A DNA stretch of 64,000 nt, taken from contig CDMY01000677.1 in the NCBI GenBank assembly GCA_001179505.1, positions 186,001-250,000 on the forward strand. Direction: 5' to 3'. Below, one piece after another: positions 1 to 12,946 of the stretch. This DNA comes from Vitrella brassicaformis CCMP3155 (Eukaryota > Protista > Chromerida). A program made the position numbers and the translations under genes. Below the pieces are notes generated by a model. It searched no databases, was not told the origin of the DNA, and worked only from the letters and a program-made list of their open reading frames with translations. Position 1 is the stretch's first letter. Every line of letters begins with the position of its first letter.

Positions 1-180
1 GACTTCACTTCATGGGCCGCCGCCCAAGACGCCAAAAAAACAAAAAGCGGCAGCAACAGACAGAGGGGGAGGCGATGGGATGGTAGGGGATGCGATGGCA
101 GCGAGGAAGGGCACGATGCCTGCACAGGGCCTGCATCGCTGCCTGCATTCTATATTTCCATGTCTCTTTCACTGGAACAC

Positions 181-735
181 GTGAGGAACGCTTTTCTGTC
201 TCGATGTCTGCACAGGCTCAGTGCGGCTGAGTGCCCCAGATAATCGTTGCCTACACTTTATATCGTTGGTGCGTCTGTTCCCTTGGTCCGACCCCGCAAA
301 GGACACATGAGTGTGTCATAGTTATGCGAACTCGTTACCATGCCATTCATTGTAAGCAGACGTCATTACATGTATGTGCTCGGGGCATCCACCACGATGC
401 CTGTGATCCTACGTCTGCGTCTTATGTTTTGCCAAGTCATGGATGACTCTGCTTGCTGACGTGTCTCGGTGCGTTCATAAAGTCAGTGCGCTTAAGGCCA
501 ATGCATCATTGCATGTCGTCAAAACATTCTCGCGTCCACTCATCAGAGACACGACAAGAGCACATGATTTACTTCCAGTGTTTTCCACGACCAGCCAGCG
601 GCACAGCCATCGACAAGAACGACATGGATGTGACACCAGACCTCACACACGCCATTCAATCAAGCTGTTCGGCTATTCGAGGAGAGTCAAATGATTCGCA
701 TCACCTCACCCTTTCACTGTCAGGTTCACCGCCCC
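181..735. repeat. Non-coding repeat segment downstream of the family gene copy 1; inverted homologue is split between 57805-58170 and 63833-64000
   Basis: 343-735 aligns by eye with the reverse complement of 57805-58170 (e.g. gcatccaccacgatgcctgtgatcctacgtctgcg). 181-352 aligns with the reverse complement of 63833-64000 (e.g. gagtgccccaga..ccgcaaaggacacatgagtgtg). The spurious ORFs 231..446 and 63614..63952 are near-identical. Confidence 0.9.
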
Positions 736-769
736 ACCGTCCCCGCCTTCTAGCATAGCTGTCATCCTC

Positions 770-2120
770 TTGTTCCCTGCTGGGGTGCAAGCGTGGCCCA
801 GGCTTGTGCTGTTGTCATGCCCGCGGCCATCAACGCCAGAACATTCCTCAGCAGCCGGCCGAAGGCGCGCACTGGTACTGCCAAATTGCCGAAGAGCAGC
901 CGCTCATCATTGCTCAGCAGCTGGAGGATCAGCTGCAGTGTCTGGGGGAGCAGAGGGGGCCCTCCTGGTGCGGCTGGGGAGTCTCAGTCGTGTAGAGGTA
1001 AATCGCGCGATAGTATTCGTGGATGTGGGCGGCGAAGATGTCGTGCTCGCCCTCTCCGCATAGGTAGATGGAGCCGCTCCGCTCACCGTTGTTGGTGCTC
1101 ACCAGCCTCGTCTGACGACCCCAGGGGACGGCGGCCTGCAACGATGAGAACAGACAGGCATCCCAGACCTACGCAGCTTTTGACCTCGGTAGCTGGTCTA
1201 CTTGGGTCAGCAGACAGGCAGCTCGATTCCACTGAGCCTGGTCCTCGTGAGAGCTGAGAATACCGCTACTGCACGTCCGTTGCTCCTCAGACGAGAAACT
1301 AGGCAGAGAAACAGGGCAGACACACACACAGGTCGTCCATTTGTGCGGAAGTGGCTCCATGGGTCAAATCGCCTTACCGCGAGACGACCAGTTGCCGGAA
1401 GCTCAGGTGATCCACCTTGTCGTTGACTGATGGGTACCACCTCCCTTAGGTCACTGAAGGAAACACCTCATTGTGGACTGAAGGAAACACACATATGCAC
1501 ACAATGGCCCACACGTGAGCATCGCCCTGTTGTGCCATGGGTATTGTCGCTCTCACACTCCCCTCTTACGATTGGGTCCGTCGGGTCGAACGCATTGCCG
1601 AAAGCATGGTTGGCGGGGAGCGTCTGCTGTGTGTAGACAGTCACCACTGTCTCAGCCAGCTCTTCGACGCCGTCGGTCAGTGCGGTCTCGCCTCGCCTTG
1701 CCCCAGCACGTGGCCGAACAGCCTGCTCTGCTCGAGTGAGTCCGCCCGGCCGTCGAAGACCGCCTTGGACCCCACACGACGCATGTCCGCCGGCCTCACT
1801 GCGATAGGCAGCGAATCGATGGCCCGGCCGTGTCGGGCGATGCGCATCGGGCGAACCCATCCGCCCCACTGCCCGCCCTCCTCCAGCACGCACACCAACT
1901 TCAACAAGTACGCCACACGCGGCATGGCCTCGCCATCGTCCGGCTGGTAGCTGGCGTCCCAGGACAAGATGCCGCCGACCTGGTGGTCTGTGACGCAGCG
2001 ATTGATGCGCTGGACGAAGTAGCTGTCGGCGAACTGCTGTGTGGCCACGCGTGACAGCAAGCGGAGGGTGTACAGTACAGATCTGCTGCAGTGGCGACGT
2101 TCTCCGTGCGGCCTGACACA
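770..2120 (-). pseudogene. Lineage-specific multicopy family gene, copy 1, frameshifted (paralog of 56536-57752)
   Basis: Exons share VRPAD(M/V)xRVGSKAVFDGRADSL, SFDPTDP(I/V)VRG and SGSIYLCGEG..YTTETPQPHQEGPL with copy 2. There is a 5-nt tandem duplication gtacagtaca at 2070-2079 and a 1-nt deletion near 945-955 relative to copy 2; both shift the frame. The 5' end is unresolved. Confidence 0.7.
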
Positions 2121-2475
2121 CAAAGCGCACAATGTACCAAACGACACATGCCGTATCCCTCAGATCACCAGGTGCGCAGCAGATCTCCCTGACCTACGCG
2201 CGTCGTCAGAGATCAGGACGCGCCAGCAGCCGTGGTAGTCCTCCCCGGGCTTGACGATACACACACGGGGCGTCGGTTGGTGCCGCTCCGCTCCGGTGCG
2301 AGCTAATGACTCCTGCAAAAATCAAATTTTGACTGGACTTGCGACACACGGCTCCCCCAATAATAACTTCTCCGCAAAGGGTTCGACGAGCCGGAGGGGT
2401 TTCGTGGGGCTTCTGGGTGGGCGCTCCTCTCCGGGAGACACCGCGTTTGGTCTGTCGTGTCGCCGGCCCAGCCAC

Positions 2476-3498
2476 ATGACGACCCACGAGAGGGGCTCGG
2501 ACTCCGCCAAAGGCACCGGCAAAGTGATGGTCGACAACCGTTCCACCGACAGGGCCCTCCCCGAGATGCCCAACGCCTCGCTGTCGTCTCCCGAGGACTC
2601 CACGGACGACAAACGTCACCCCGTGTCGCCAACCCTGACCGGCTCGCCGCCTCACATCGCATCGACCTTCATCGCTGGCAAGAGCCCCTACCGTCGTCTG
2701 AGCGGCACTGCGTTGTCACCGGGGAGGGGCAGGTTGGGGAGGGGCAGCTTTGGGATGGGCGGCGAGAGCCCTGAGGCTCCGAAGAAGAAGCAGCGGCTGG
2801 CACTGCTTCTGGCGAGACGCAAGGCGCTCATGCGCAAGCCGTAAGCAACGAATCGAGCCAGCGAGGGGCACACGGTGCCTTCAGGAATGGCTGTCTTGTT
2901 TGTGTGTGTCGGTCATGTGTGCAGGCACGTCATGCTGAATTTGGCCATCTCGTCTCTCCGCCGGTCGCCAAAGCACAACGAATGCCGCGCTCTGCTCACC
3001 AAGAACGCACGAGACATCAAGTCGCCACGCCGTTTGCCGCACGCCGCCTCGTCGCTCCCGCCTCCGCCTCCCTGGGAAGGGTATCCGATCTGCCCGCCAC
3101 TGAAGGTCAAGATTTCTTCCACACCAGTCCATCAGCGTGAGATAACCATCCCGTCCATCAACATGCTGACCGGCGATTGGGTCTTCCCTGATGGGACGGC
3201 GATGCCCTGCTCATTCGCCTGGTCAACAGGCACTGGAGACGGGCGGCAGACGGCTGAGGAGCAGCAGACGATGAACAAGGAAATCGACATGGTGCTGAGT
3301 AAGATGACGAGTATGACGGCCCATGGGGCTGCTGCTGCTCCTGCAGACGTGGGTGGGGGAGGGGCTCGAGAGCCTGCTGGTGGTGGTGGTGTGCTGGGAG
3401 AGAGCGACGATTTGGTGGCTGCGGAGACGGCATCGACTGAGGGGAGGGAGACCATTGACACCAACACCAACAGCAACGGAGGCCTCCCCGACACATGA
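2476..3498 (+). CDS. Hypothetical protein, 2 exons, basic NLS-like segment (PKKKQR..RRK)
   Basis: ORF 2251..2844 splices in frame to ORF 2875..3498 through gtaagc..tgcag (about 2843-2924). No family recognised. Confidence 0.55.
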
Positions 3499-4242
3499 TC
3501 GATCAGCCACACGAGACACGAGCCAATATGAAGAGACCCGCATGGATGTATACGTAATCACACCACACAGAGAGAGAGGGAGAGGGGATCTGACACATAC
3601 ACTTTTGGATTTGGGATCACTCATATTCTTTTGCTCTCCCATCTAGAGGAATCACAGAGAGAGAGAGAGAGAGGGAGAGAGGGCACACTAGTACTTCCAT
3701 TTGTTGTGGCGGCGAAGCCGCCGTACGGGATGCACGCAGCAGTAGGGGTGAGTGAATGGTGTAGGGTCCGTCGATTGAGAACGAGAAAAGACCTTCTCAG
3801 TGTGCTGGTGGTGAAGGGTCTGTTCATCTGGTCATGCAGGAAAGGGACAGAGACGCGATATATGGTACATGAGAACACCGACCCGACGAATGAATGGTGC
3901 ATCCTGTCATGAGGGGTGCATGTGGTTCATATGGCATCGCTGACTATCTATCTGTCTGTCTGTCCGCATGCCATGCACGCAAACACTTAACTGTCACATG
4001 CCCCCACGATGCATCGCATCCACCATCTGCTAACGCAACGACTGACTGACCCACAGACGACTCACCCACCCTACCCCATCTGTCTGTCTGTCTGTTCTAC
4101 CTGTATATACATCACATACACCGCCCACATAAATACACACACACACACATACACACATGCCCAGCAGAGACCACAATCTACATTGGCTGGCTGGCTGCCT
4201 GCCTGCCTGTCTGCCTGCCTCTACTCGCCCTCACTCACTCAC

Positions 4243-7200
4243 TCACAGCTGCGGCACGCTCCCCCTTCCCTCTTGGCTGCTCTGCCCATCCCCACCATCA
4301 TCACCATCGTCCTTCAACTCGCAACGCAGCCACCTATGGGCGGGGCCACATACACACACACACGGCCGACGTGTGTGTGCGCTCCTTCGCCCACATGCAC
4401 ACGCATACCTGATGATGATGGTCTCCTGCTGCTGGTGCAGCGTGTGGAAGATCTTGTTGGCGAACCGCCACTGGGCGTGGGTACGGCTGGATGGCAGCTG
4501 ACACGATTGGCCGGAGGGGGAGAGCATGCGCTTGATCAGGAGGAGCCAGAAGTTGTCGGTCTGGTGCCGTGCATCCAGCTGCGAAAAGAAGAACTCCGCC
4601 CTGCAGCCGGCCACACACACATCCATCCACACAACACAACACAATGCACAACGGATCCATTCGTGTGTCCACCCACCCTGATAGCAGGAATTTCCAGCTG
4701 TCCTGCATTCACGCACGCAGACAACAGACACACGCCCATCCGATGACGCACACGCACACGCACTGCACCCCCCAGCCACTCACGAAGACGGTGCACTTGG
4801 CTTCAATGAACTTGACGGGCGCTCCCCAGGGCAGTGGCGGCATGCCTTCCCCTCCCCCTCTGGCCAGCCACGGCTTCGTCTCGCCCACAGCCGTCAGATA
4901 GCCGTCCACACACCCATTGATCGACAGACGGCAATGCTCCGAATCGGCGGGCGGCTCCTCTGCAGCCCAACACACACACGGGGAAAGGCCACGTGCACAC
5001 GACACACATGCCTTGGCTGTCTGTGTGTTGATTGATGTACCGAATAGGATGAAGTCGAAGGGGAGGCCGAGCTCTTCCACGGCATTGACCCACACCAGCC
5101 GCCACGCTGCGCCGGGCTGGAAGCTCACGCGGTACGACCGCTGATCGATCTGACCACACGCAGAGCAGACGACGGGAGATGAGATGGGGGAGAGGGGCTT
5201 GGTGGGTGGCTGTGGTGGGGCTTTCGTGTTTCGACCTGTGAGTGTGTTTGGTAGTCTGACTGCTGCGTGAAGAACTTCGGAAAGACCTTTCTGAAGGCAA
5301 GCTCCTCACCGGCCCTATCAGGTGGTGTGACGCGACACACACAAGAGTAGCCATTCATTCGAATGTCTGTTGGTGCACACAACACAGCCAGCCACCCTCC
5401 GTGGTACCCACCGTACCTGCCTCTCCTCTCCAGCTCGTTCTCTTCGACCCTCTCGAGCTGCCGGATGGCCGTGACGCTACTGCTGCCGGCTGCTGCCTCA
5501 AGGCCACTAGCACCCCTTCACACACACACATACGCGCCAGACACTCTCTCCTTCTCCCTGTGTGTGTGTGTGCGGGTGCGTACCTGATCCTGGCCCTATC
5601 ATCAACGAGTGACGACTCCATCTGCTGCAGGAACCGATCCGTCTCCGCGTCGATCTCCATCTCACGCACCTCGCATATGGGCACGGGCGTCGGGCGGCGA
5701 GGATGATATTGTTGCTGGTGGGCAGGCACACGATCATGACGACGGTCGCCAGCACGCAGGTGCGTCGGAGTGGTGTGGATGGGGGGCTGGGAAGGGGTGG
5801 AGGATGGGGGTGGGTACAGGTCGACCTCGATGGCCATCCTGTCTGCTGCTGCTGCTGCTGATGGTGCTGGTGCTGCTGGTGTGGGTGGGAGGGGGCGAGG
5901 GGCGAGATGGACATCTGCTTGGGAGAGGGAGATGCCCTCACTCCTGAGCAGAAAGGACAGGTCGGCCGCATCTAACCCAATGCTGCTACGCAACCTGCAC
6001 ACAACCACAGACGACAAAGAAAGAAGGCGCATCACGCACCGAAGGACACATCAATCCGCCCACCCAGCCACCCAGCCACCCACCAATCGATCGCGATGCT
6101 CCTCAACGCTCCCCCAAGGTAAGCACTGATCGCCTCTCCGACATCCATCCTCTGCTGCACATGCTCGGCTTGCTGGTTGACATACAGCACCGGCACACTC
6201 TCGCCGCCAGCAGCGATGGGCACGTATCTGGATCTGCGCGACGGCTGCACCGATGGGTGCGTGAGGGCGGCGCCCAGGGTGACCGGGGGCATCCCGTGGT
6301 TTGCGACTGTGTACTGCACCTGCACAAGCCACCAAACGAGGCATGCATCCTGCGCCTGGGGAGTGGGGGGTTGGTTCATTTGCACACCTGCAGCTGGTTG
6401 ACAGGCACCTGATGAATGAATGAATGAAAGACAGGCAGGCAGGCAGGCAGGCAGAGAGGGGGCTGATTTGTGGGTGCGGGGAGTCGGCCGGGTGCATGAG
6501 ATGAGTGTGCAGATCTGACCTCGGTGATCCTGTCAAGCATGAAGATGGGGTGGGTGGGCTCATCGCGCGCAAGACGGGCCATCTCCTGCACACACCCAGC
6601 CCATCACAGCCAGCCAATTGACACAGACACCAATGTGGGGTGAGGGTGGGCCTAGGTGCGGGTGTGTGCAGACAGACCAACTCACCGTGGGTCTTTTTGA
6701 CCGGCAGACGGCGATGAGTGCCTGGATAACCGACGTGTGCAGCAGCCTCTGGTGCGGTTCAGAGGGGGGGCGGTGCATGGGGGCCCCAACGATGTACTCA
6801 GAGATGCGCACACATTTCTCCAGCCTCCTGACCCCCAGGTGGTGCTGCAGGAAGTGCTGCACACGCTCGTTGGGCGCGTAGGCGATCGAAATGCCCATCG
6901 AGAGCGGCAGCCGCATCCTGAGAAAGAGAGAGGGAGGGAACAGACGTGTGCTATGAATGCATAGCCGACACCGTGCGTGTGTCTTCGCATCGTACCCTCC
7001 CTGGTCCTGGATGAATGCATGTCGGCGGTCGACAAAGGTCCGCCGAGCTGAGTCCCACACAAGGGCACTGCACGCCACGCACGGTGGACACAGAGAAGAG
7101 ACACACACCCGTCCATCCATCCATCCATGTGTGTTCATCGTGCCGGGTGCGGTGGGTGCTTGCATACTTCTGGGCGAACGAAGGGTACCAGTGTGTGTCC

Positions 7201-10200
7201 TCCTGCCGCCTCAGGGCCAGGTCGAGGACCGTCACGGCCTGCACTATGAAGGCCTGCATAGCGTACACACACACACACATACAGAGAGAGAGACTCGCGA
7301 GTGCACTGTGCGATGGGTGTGCACAGGGATATCCCTCCGGCTTACCTCGACGCTGGTGGATAGGCCCTGGTCGGCACTGCCGCCGTGGCTGTTGCCCTGC
7401 ACCAGGTTTGGACACCCCTTCCTCCACCTGACACACACGGAAAGATGTTCACTCGTGTGCGTGTGCAGATGGTTGCGAGGCTCACAGGTGTGCGTAGTGG
7501 CACGCTTCAGGCTCCTCCGACACCAACTGCAGGCAGGCAAGCAGACAGACACGTGGACGACACTATGCATACGACCATGGATGGACTCATGCATACGTAC
7601 GTGTCGCAGCAGCGGCTTGACGGTGTCCTGGAAGGCGGGCTCGATGAGGTCGCAGAGTGTGAGCACCTCCCCTACAAAAAGCCCCATCCAGCCGTCGCGC
7701 CACACGAAACGCTCCCTGTCCACACTGATAGGCCAAAGACAGCCAGGTGTTGGTGCGTATGGATGGATGGAGGGATGGGCGGAGGCACTGTACCTGACCC
7801 ACTGGGCGTTGCGGCGGTGAGGATGTCCCTCCACCGCCATGGCCGTGTTGCTCGCGTCGTCCCTGACGGCCCGCAGCGGCAGAAAGAGCAGTTTCTCCGA
7901 CCTCATCGCGCGGACGGTGCCCTCTCGTTGGTGCAGAGGCGATGCTGGACTGTCCATCAGCCGGCCCTGAGCAAACAGAGAATGGATGGATGGATGGATG
8001 GATGTGGGCTTGGGTGTCACCACTCACCATGGCGCCATAAAGGTCCACCAGCTGCCGCATCCTCCTCTCCGTAAGTGATGTGGGCGGTGTATCGGCCGCC
8101 ATGACCCGCAGCCGCTCGAGCATTGGGGTCAGCGAGAGGGCGTGATGCACACCAAACACAGACAGGATCTGCACATACACGTGGAGAGGACAGATGCGCC
8201 CAGCATTGCAGAGAGAGGTACACTGGTTACACAGATAGACAGGCCTCACAGTGAGGCAGACCAGACCTGTGTGATGATGTGTGTGGGTGGTGACGGCGAG
8301 AAGGGAGACGCCGGCACGAGCGACACCAGAGGGGCCACCAGGGCGGGATGCAGCAGCGGAAACAGACAGTGCAGCGAAGCCGGGATCTCCGACGCACAGC
8401 TGTACACCTACCGCACACACAGACACACAGAGAGAGAGAGAGATCCGACATGCACTGCACCCAGGCCAGGCGCCATAGCTTGCACTGCATGTACCATTGT
8501 GGGTTTGTGGAGTCGATATGTCCCGTCGATGGCCGCAGGGAGCCACTCGGTGTTCCTGGCCGCATCAATCAACGGCTGTGGCAGCTGCAGAGACCCTTGG
8601 GGTGGAGGTGGGGGCGGATAAAAGCAGGAGCTTCTCGAGCGGGAGTGATGATGGCTGGGCGGAGTGCTGTCCATTCGCCTCCCAGCACTGACCAACAGCA
8701 GCCATGCCATGCATCTCCCTCCCTGTGTTTGCTCCCTGACCGTAACTCACGTGCTGCCTTACTAGTAGTCATGATGCAGCACCACCTGCAGGAAGCAGCT
8801 GGCCCTCTCCACCCACAATTCCACCTCACCACTGCCACCGTCGCCCCCATGATGCTGCGAATGCTCCCCTTCCACATCCATCCCCAACGTACCGCCTCCC
8901 CCACCACGACGAGCTCCACCCACAGCCATCCAGCTCAGCATGCCGCTGCTACTGAGCGGCGGGCAGCATCGGATGGCCGCGTGTGTCCGGCACAGCAGCT
9001 CAACGGCCGCATCGTCGTAGCGACCATCCAGTGTAGCGAAGTGGGAGCGGTCGGATGGTGAGGGGAAGGTGAGCTCGAGTGGGGCGGTGAGGGGGCGGCA
9101 GATGGGCGTCCGGGAGAGGCCGTCGAGGGCGGGGTCGACGCGCCTTGCTGTTCCTGCTGAGTCAGTGCCTGTCCATGCCGCCACTTCTGGCGAGGCCCGT
9201 CGGTGGGCCGCCGATGGGTGGGGCCTGCAATGGTGGATCCACCACACCACACCACACCACACCACACATGGATGGGCGTGGCGTACAGGCATCAGTCGTC
9301 ATCTGGCCTTTTCTCCTACCCCCATTCTCTGGGCGTCAGTATGATGGCCTCCTCTCCGTGTGAGCGCGTTTCGACCCTCGTGAAGGCGGCCAGGACGGGC
9401 AGCTTGTGCAGGTTGGCGGGCAGGGAGTGCTCCGCTACTGACGTGAGGAAATGCGTTATCACCAGCAGCACCCTGCAAGCATCACACACACACATATACA
9501 CACACAGATGAGATGAGATGAGACGAGACGAGTGGAGCAGACTAGCCGCGTGGTTCTGTGTGTGCCTCTCACCGCTGGTTGTCGGCGTCCTTTGCAGATT
9601 GCAGGCTGAGAGCCATCTCGGCACATCCGTCGACCAGCCAGCTGACCACAAGAGAGAGAGAGAGAGTGAGAGAGATTCGTGTGTGTGGATGCGTTGCGTG
9701 CGCATGTTGTCGCCACAGCACAGATCAGCTCAATCACCTGAGGTAGTTGTCGACCGTCAATCGCTCCACGCCGAGCGTCTGGATGAGCCACTCGCGGGTC
9801 CGCACAGACAGGTGCCTCTCCGTCTCGGCAGACAAGAACACACATGACACCTGCACACCCACACACACATATCATATGCACAGGGGCAGCCCTGGCTGCA
9901 CAGAGAGGACAGGCGTACACTACCCTTTTTCTGATGAGTGGTGCGACGGATGGATCGTTGAGCTGCGACCGCTCGAAGGCCTCGCGCAGCTGGGGGTTGG
10001 GCAGACAGACGCGCACCTCCTTCTCGCCCGTATGCGCGTTCACCGGCAATGGAGGCTTCATGAACCCTGCACACCACACACGACAGCACACGACACGAAC
10101 AGATGAGATGCACACTCAGCCATCCCAGCCATGTGGCTGGCCACATGGCTCTCTCGGTGTGGGGTGCATGGGACACTGACTGACCGACCTTCGTCCGTCT

Positions 10201-12779
10201 TGAGGAAGGGCACCTTTCTGAGCACCTGCCCGCCCCTCGCACCGACTACCTCCCTCACATACTCGTACACCTCGCCAACCTGGTCGTCGCTCAGACCCAC
10301 TAAAGACGACGCAGCACCACCACCACCACCAGCACCCCCCGCCCACCCACTCGGCTGGAAGAGAGCCTCCACAGAGGCCTTCTTGACTCCAAGAGCCGCC
10401 AGCACAGCCGTTCTCTTGGCGTAATGCGGGTGCACCAGAGGGATGTGCCGGATGCAGGCGTAGAGGGGCTGTGGTGGGGGGCTGCCTGTGCCTGCCACTG
10501 GGGGCAGGGAGAGCGAGGGTGGCGTGCACAGCGAGCCTGTGTGAGAGGGGAGCAGGGGAACGGCCCGCATGTGTGTGAGGATGGTTGACGCGCAGGGGCG
10601 GAAGGATGGGTGGACTGTTTGTGGGATGGGCAGCCACGAGAGGATCCAGTCGATCATTGCGGGGGTCTCCCTGCAGACACCACACACGATGGACATCAAT
10701 TAAGATGGCTGCAGTGTGTGCAGGGTGCATGTGTTGGTTACGTGAGTGTGGGCGCCGCTCTCTTGACGAAGTCGAGAAAAGTGTCGGCGACTCGGTCGAG
10801 CAGGAACCGGTTGAACCGCAGCTCGTCGTCAAAGTCAAGCGACTCACGGCTGCACCAACACACACACGCAACAGAGATCCACACCACCTCACACACACAC
10901 ACACAGACGCCACGCCCACCTGGCAGTGGTGGTAAAGTCCTTCGCGTTGACGACGAAGGGCATCTTGCTGTCGACCCTTGTCGGCAGGTCGGCGAACACA
11001 CTACACCCATTCCCAGACGCCGACCACTGGCCAGTGTCGCTCTCGCTCTCCCTATCTGCCGCTTCTGCTGCTGCTACTGTGGTGATGGTGGTGGGTATGG
11101 GCAGCGCGACAGTCACAGATGTCTGCTGCAGCTCTAGGCGACGCAGGGAGATGGCAGACAGCCGCTGGGAGGACGGCACCTGCACACACACTCACACAGG
11201 CACACACACACACACACAGAGAGGGAGAGAGAGAGCCGAGGATGAAGCACAGCATAGAGAGGAAGGAGGCTCACTTCACTCACTGGCGGCTTGGGCACTG
11301 GGAATGTGCGTCGGTGTGTAATGAAGGTCTCTGTGGTGGTGTGTGTGGCGGGGGAGGGGCCGTCACGCGTCAGGTTGGCCGTGAGCGTCCGGCTGCTGTA
11401 CCACACCTGCACAGCAACCCAACAGCAACAGCCATGCACACACGACACCACAGAAACCCTCTGACATGACAACTCATCCCTTTATTCGTTGTCTGTCTCA
11501 CCCACCCACCCGGGCCTTCTCTTCACACACGACCTCCCGCCTCTCCACCACTCGACCGCTCCCACTGCCATCCTCAATCTCCACGCAGATGCGCCGCAGC
11601 TTGCGCAAAAACAGCAGCGTGCTCATGGGCACCTCCAACAGCGACGCCTTGACGCCATCGATCTTCTCATGCAGCCACGCGGGGCAGTGGGTGCGCGAGG
11701 GGTCGGCCTGCGTGAGGGGCAGCCGGAAGATGGTCCATGCAGAGTGATGCTGTGCGAACGCGGGAAGTGACGGCAGCCACCTACAGACAGACGAAACGAG
11801 AAAGATGCGTGTGTGTTGGGTTGGGCTGGCTTGTTGGGTGTGGATGTGGGTGTGGGTGTGGGTGTTGTCTGTGTGTGCACCGACCGAGGGACGATGTAGC
11901 CGAACCCAACTTCTGGGTCCACGTCCTTGGAAAAGGCGAATCGGTAGCCCCCGCTATAGACTTCTGGCGTATCGCTCAGCCGAAAGACAGACTTGAAGCC
12001 TGCAGAGCAGAGAAGGAAAGGATACAGCAGACAGACACGTTCGTGTCTGTCTGATGTCCGTTGCCTTGGTCTTGCTCACTCCCTCACCGATGCCCTTCTC
12101 TCCGATCATCTCCTCTCGCCTCTCCGACTTGGTCGACGCACCCACGTCACACAAAGCCTCTACGTCGGCACCGCTGAAGCCCACCTGACCACACAACACA
12201 CGGATTACACACACACGGAGGAATCGAATCCCCTCCCTCTACGTGTCGGTTGCCACAGATCCAATTATCCATGTGTGGACGCGCCTACACTGACTTCACT
12301 CACCTCATTGTTCATGACGTAGAGCGCCGGGCACCGTGGGTCGGTCACCAGCCGGAATGTGAGGCTGGGGGGAGCGGAGGACGACGGGTGGCTGATGGAT
12401 AGATAGACAGCCAAACGAAGGGAGGGAGGGAGGGAGAGGGACACTCAACACACGTGGGTGCAGTGCAGTGCAGTCATGGATGCGGTGCGTACTAGGTGTT
12501 GTCCTCTGCGTTCTGTATGAGTTCGAAGAGGCAGTGCGCCCGGTGTGAGTAGATCTCGTCCGCCGCCAACTTGATGGCCCGGTGCAGGCGTGAACGCTGC
12601 TCGGGATCCTGTCACGTCAGTCACGCAGCACAGCACACACACATTCATTCATTCATTCATTCCATCATGCAATCATGGCCTTTGATTGATGTTGCTTGTG
12701 CATGTGTGACCCACCTCACCTCTGTCCTGAGCCTGTTCCTAATGGAACGGATGTGCTCCTCCTCAGAACAACGCGACAT
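4243..12779 (-). CDS. NO VEIN/sacsin-like protein: N-terminal GHKL (HATPase_c-like) ATPase plus C-terminal DUF3883 (NOV_C) nuclease-like domain; many exons
   Basis: Spliced N-terminus reads HCLFELIQNAEDNTY..LTFRL..LYVMNNEVGFSGADVEALCDVGASTK..IGEKGIGFKSVFRLSDTPEVYSGGYRFAF..GFGYIVP. Spliced C-terminus reads RRGRAGEELAF..VWVNAVEELGLPFDFILF..KFIEAK..FWLLLIKR. ATG at 12779, TGA at 4243. Internal exon boundaries are only partly traced. Confidence 0.85.
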
Positions 12780-12946
12780 TTCACCCAACCGACCGATGCA
12801 GTCGCTCAATCAGTCAGTCACTCGGCTCATACACAACAGTCGGCTCAGTTGCCTCCTAGGGTGCTCCCTGAAACCGCTTCAAGAGGCGGGAAGCAGAGCA
12901 CGGCACAATGGTGAAGCCTCCCCGCTGCACCCAATCCCTCACGAGA

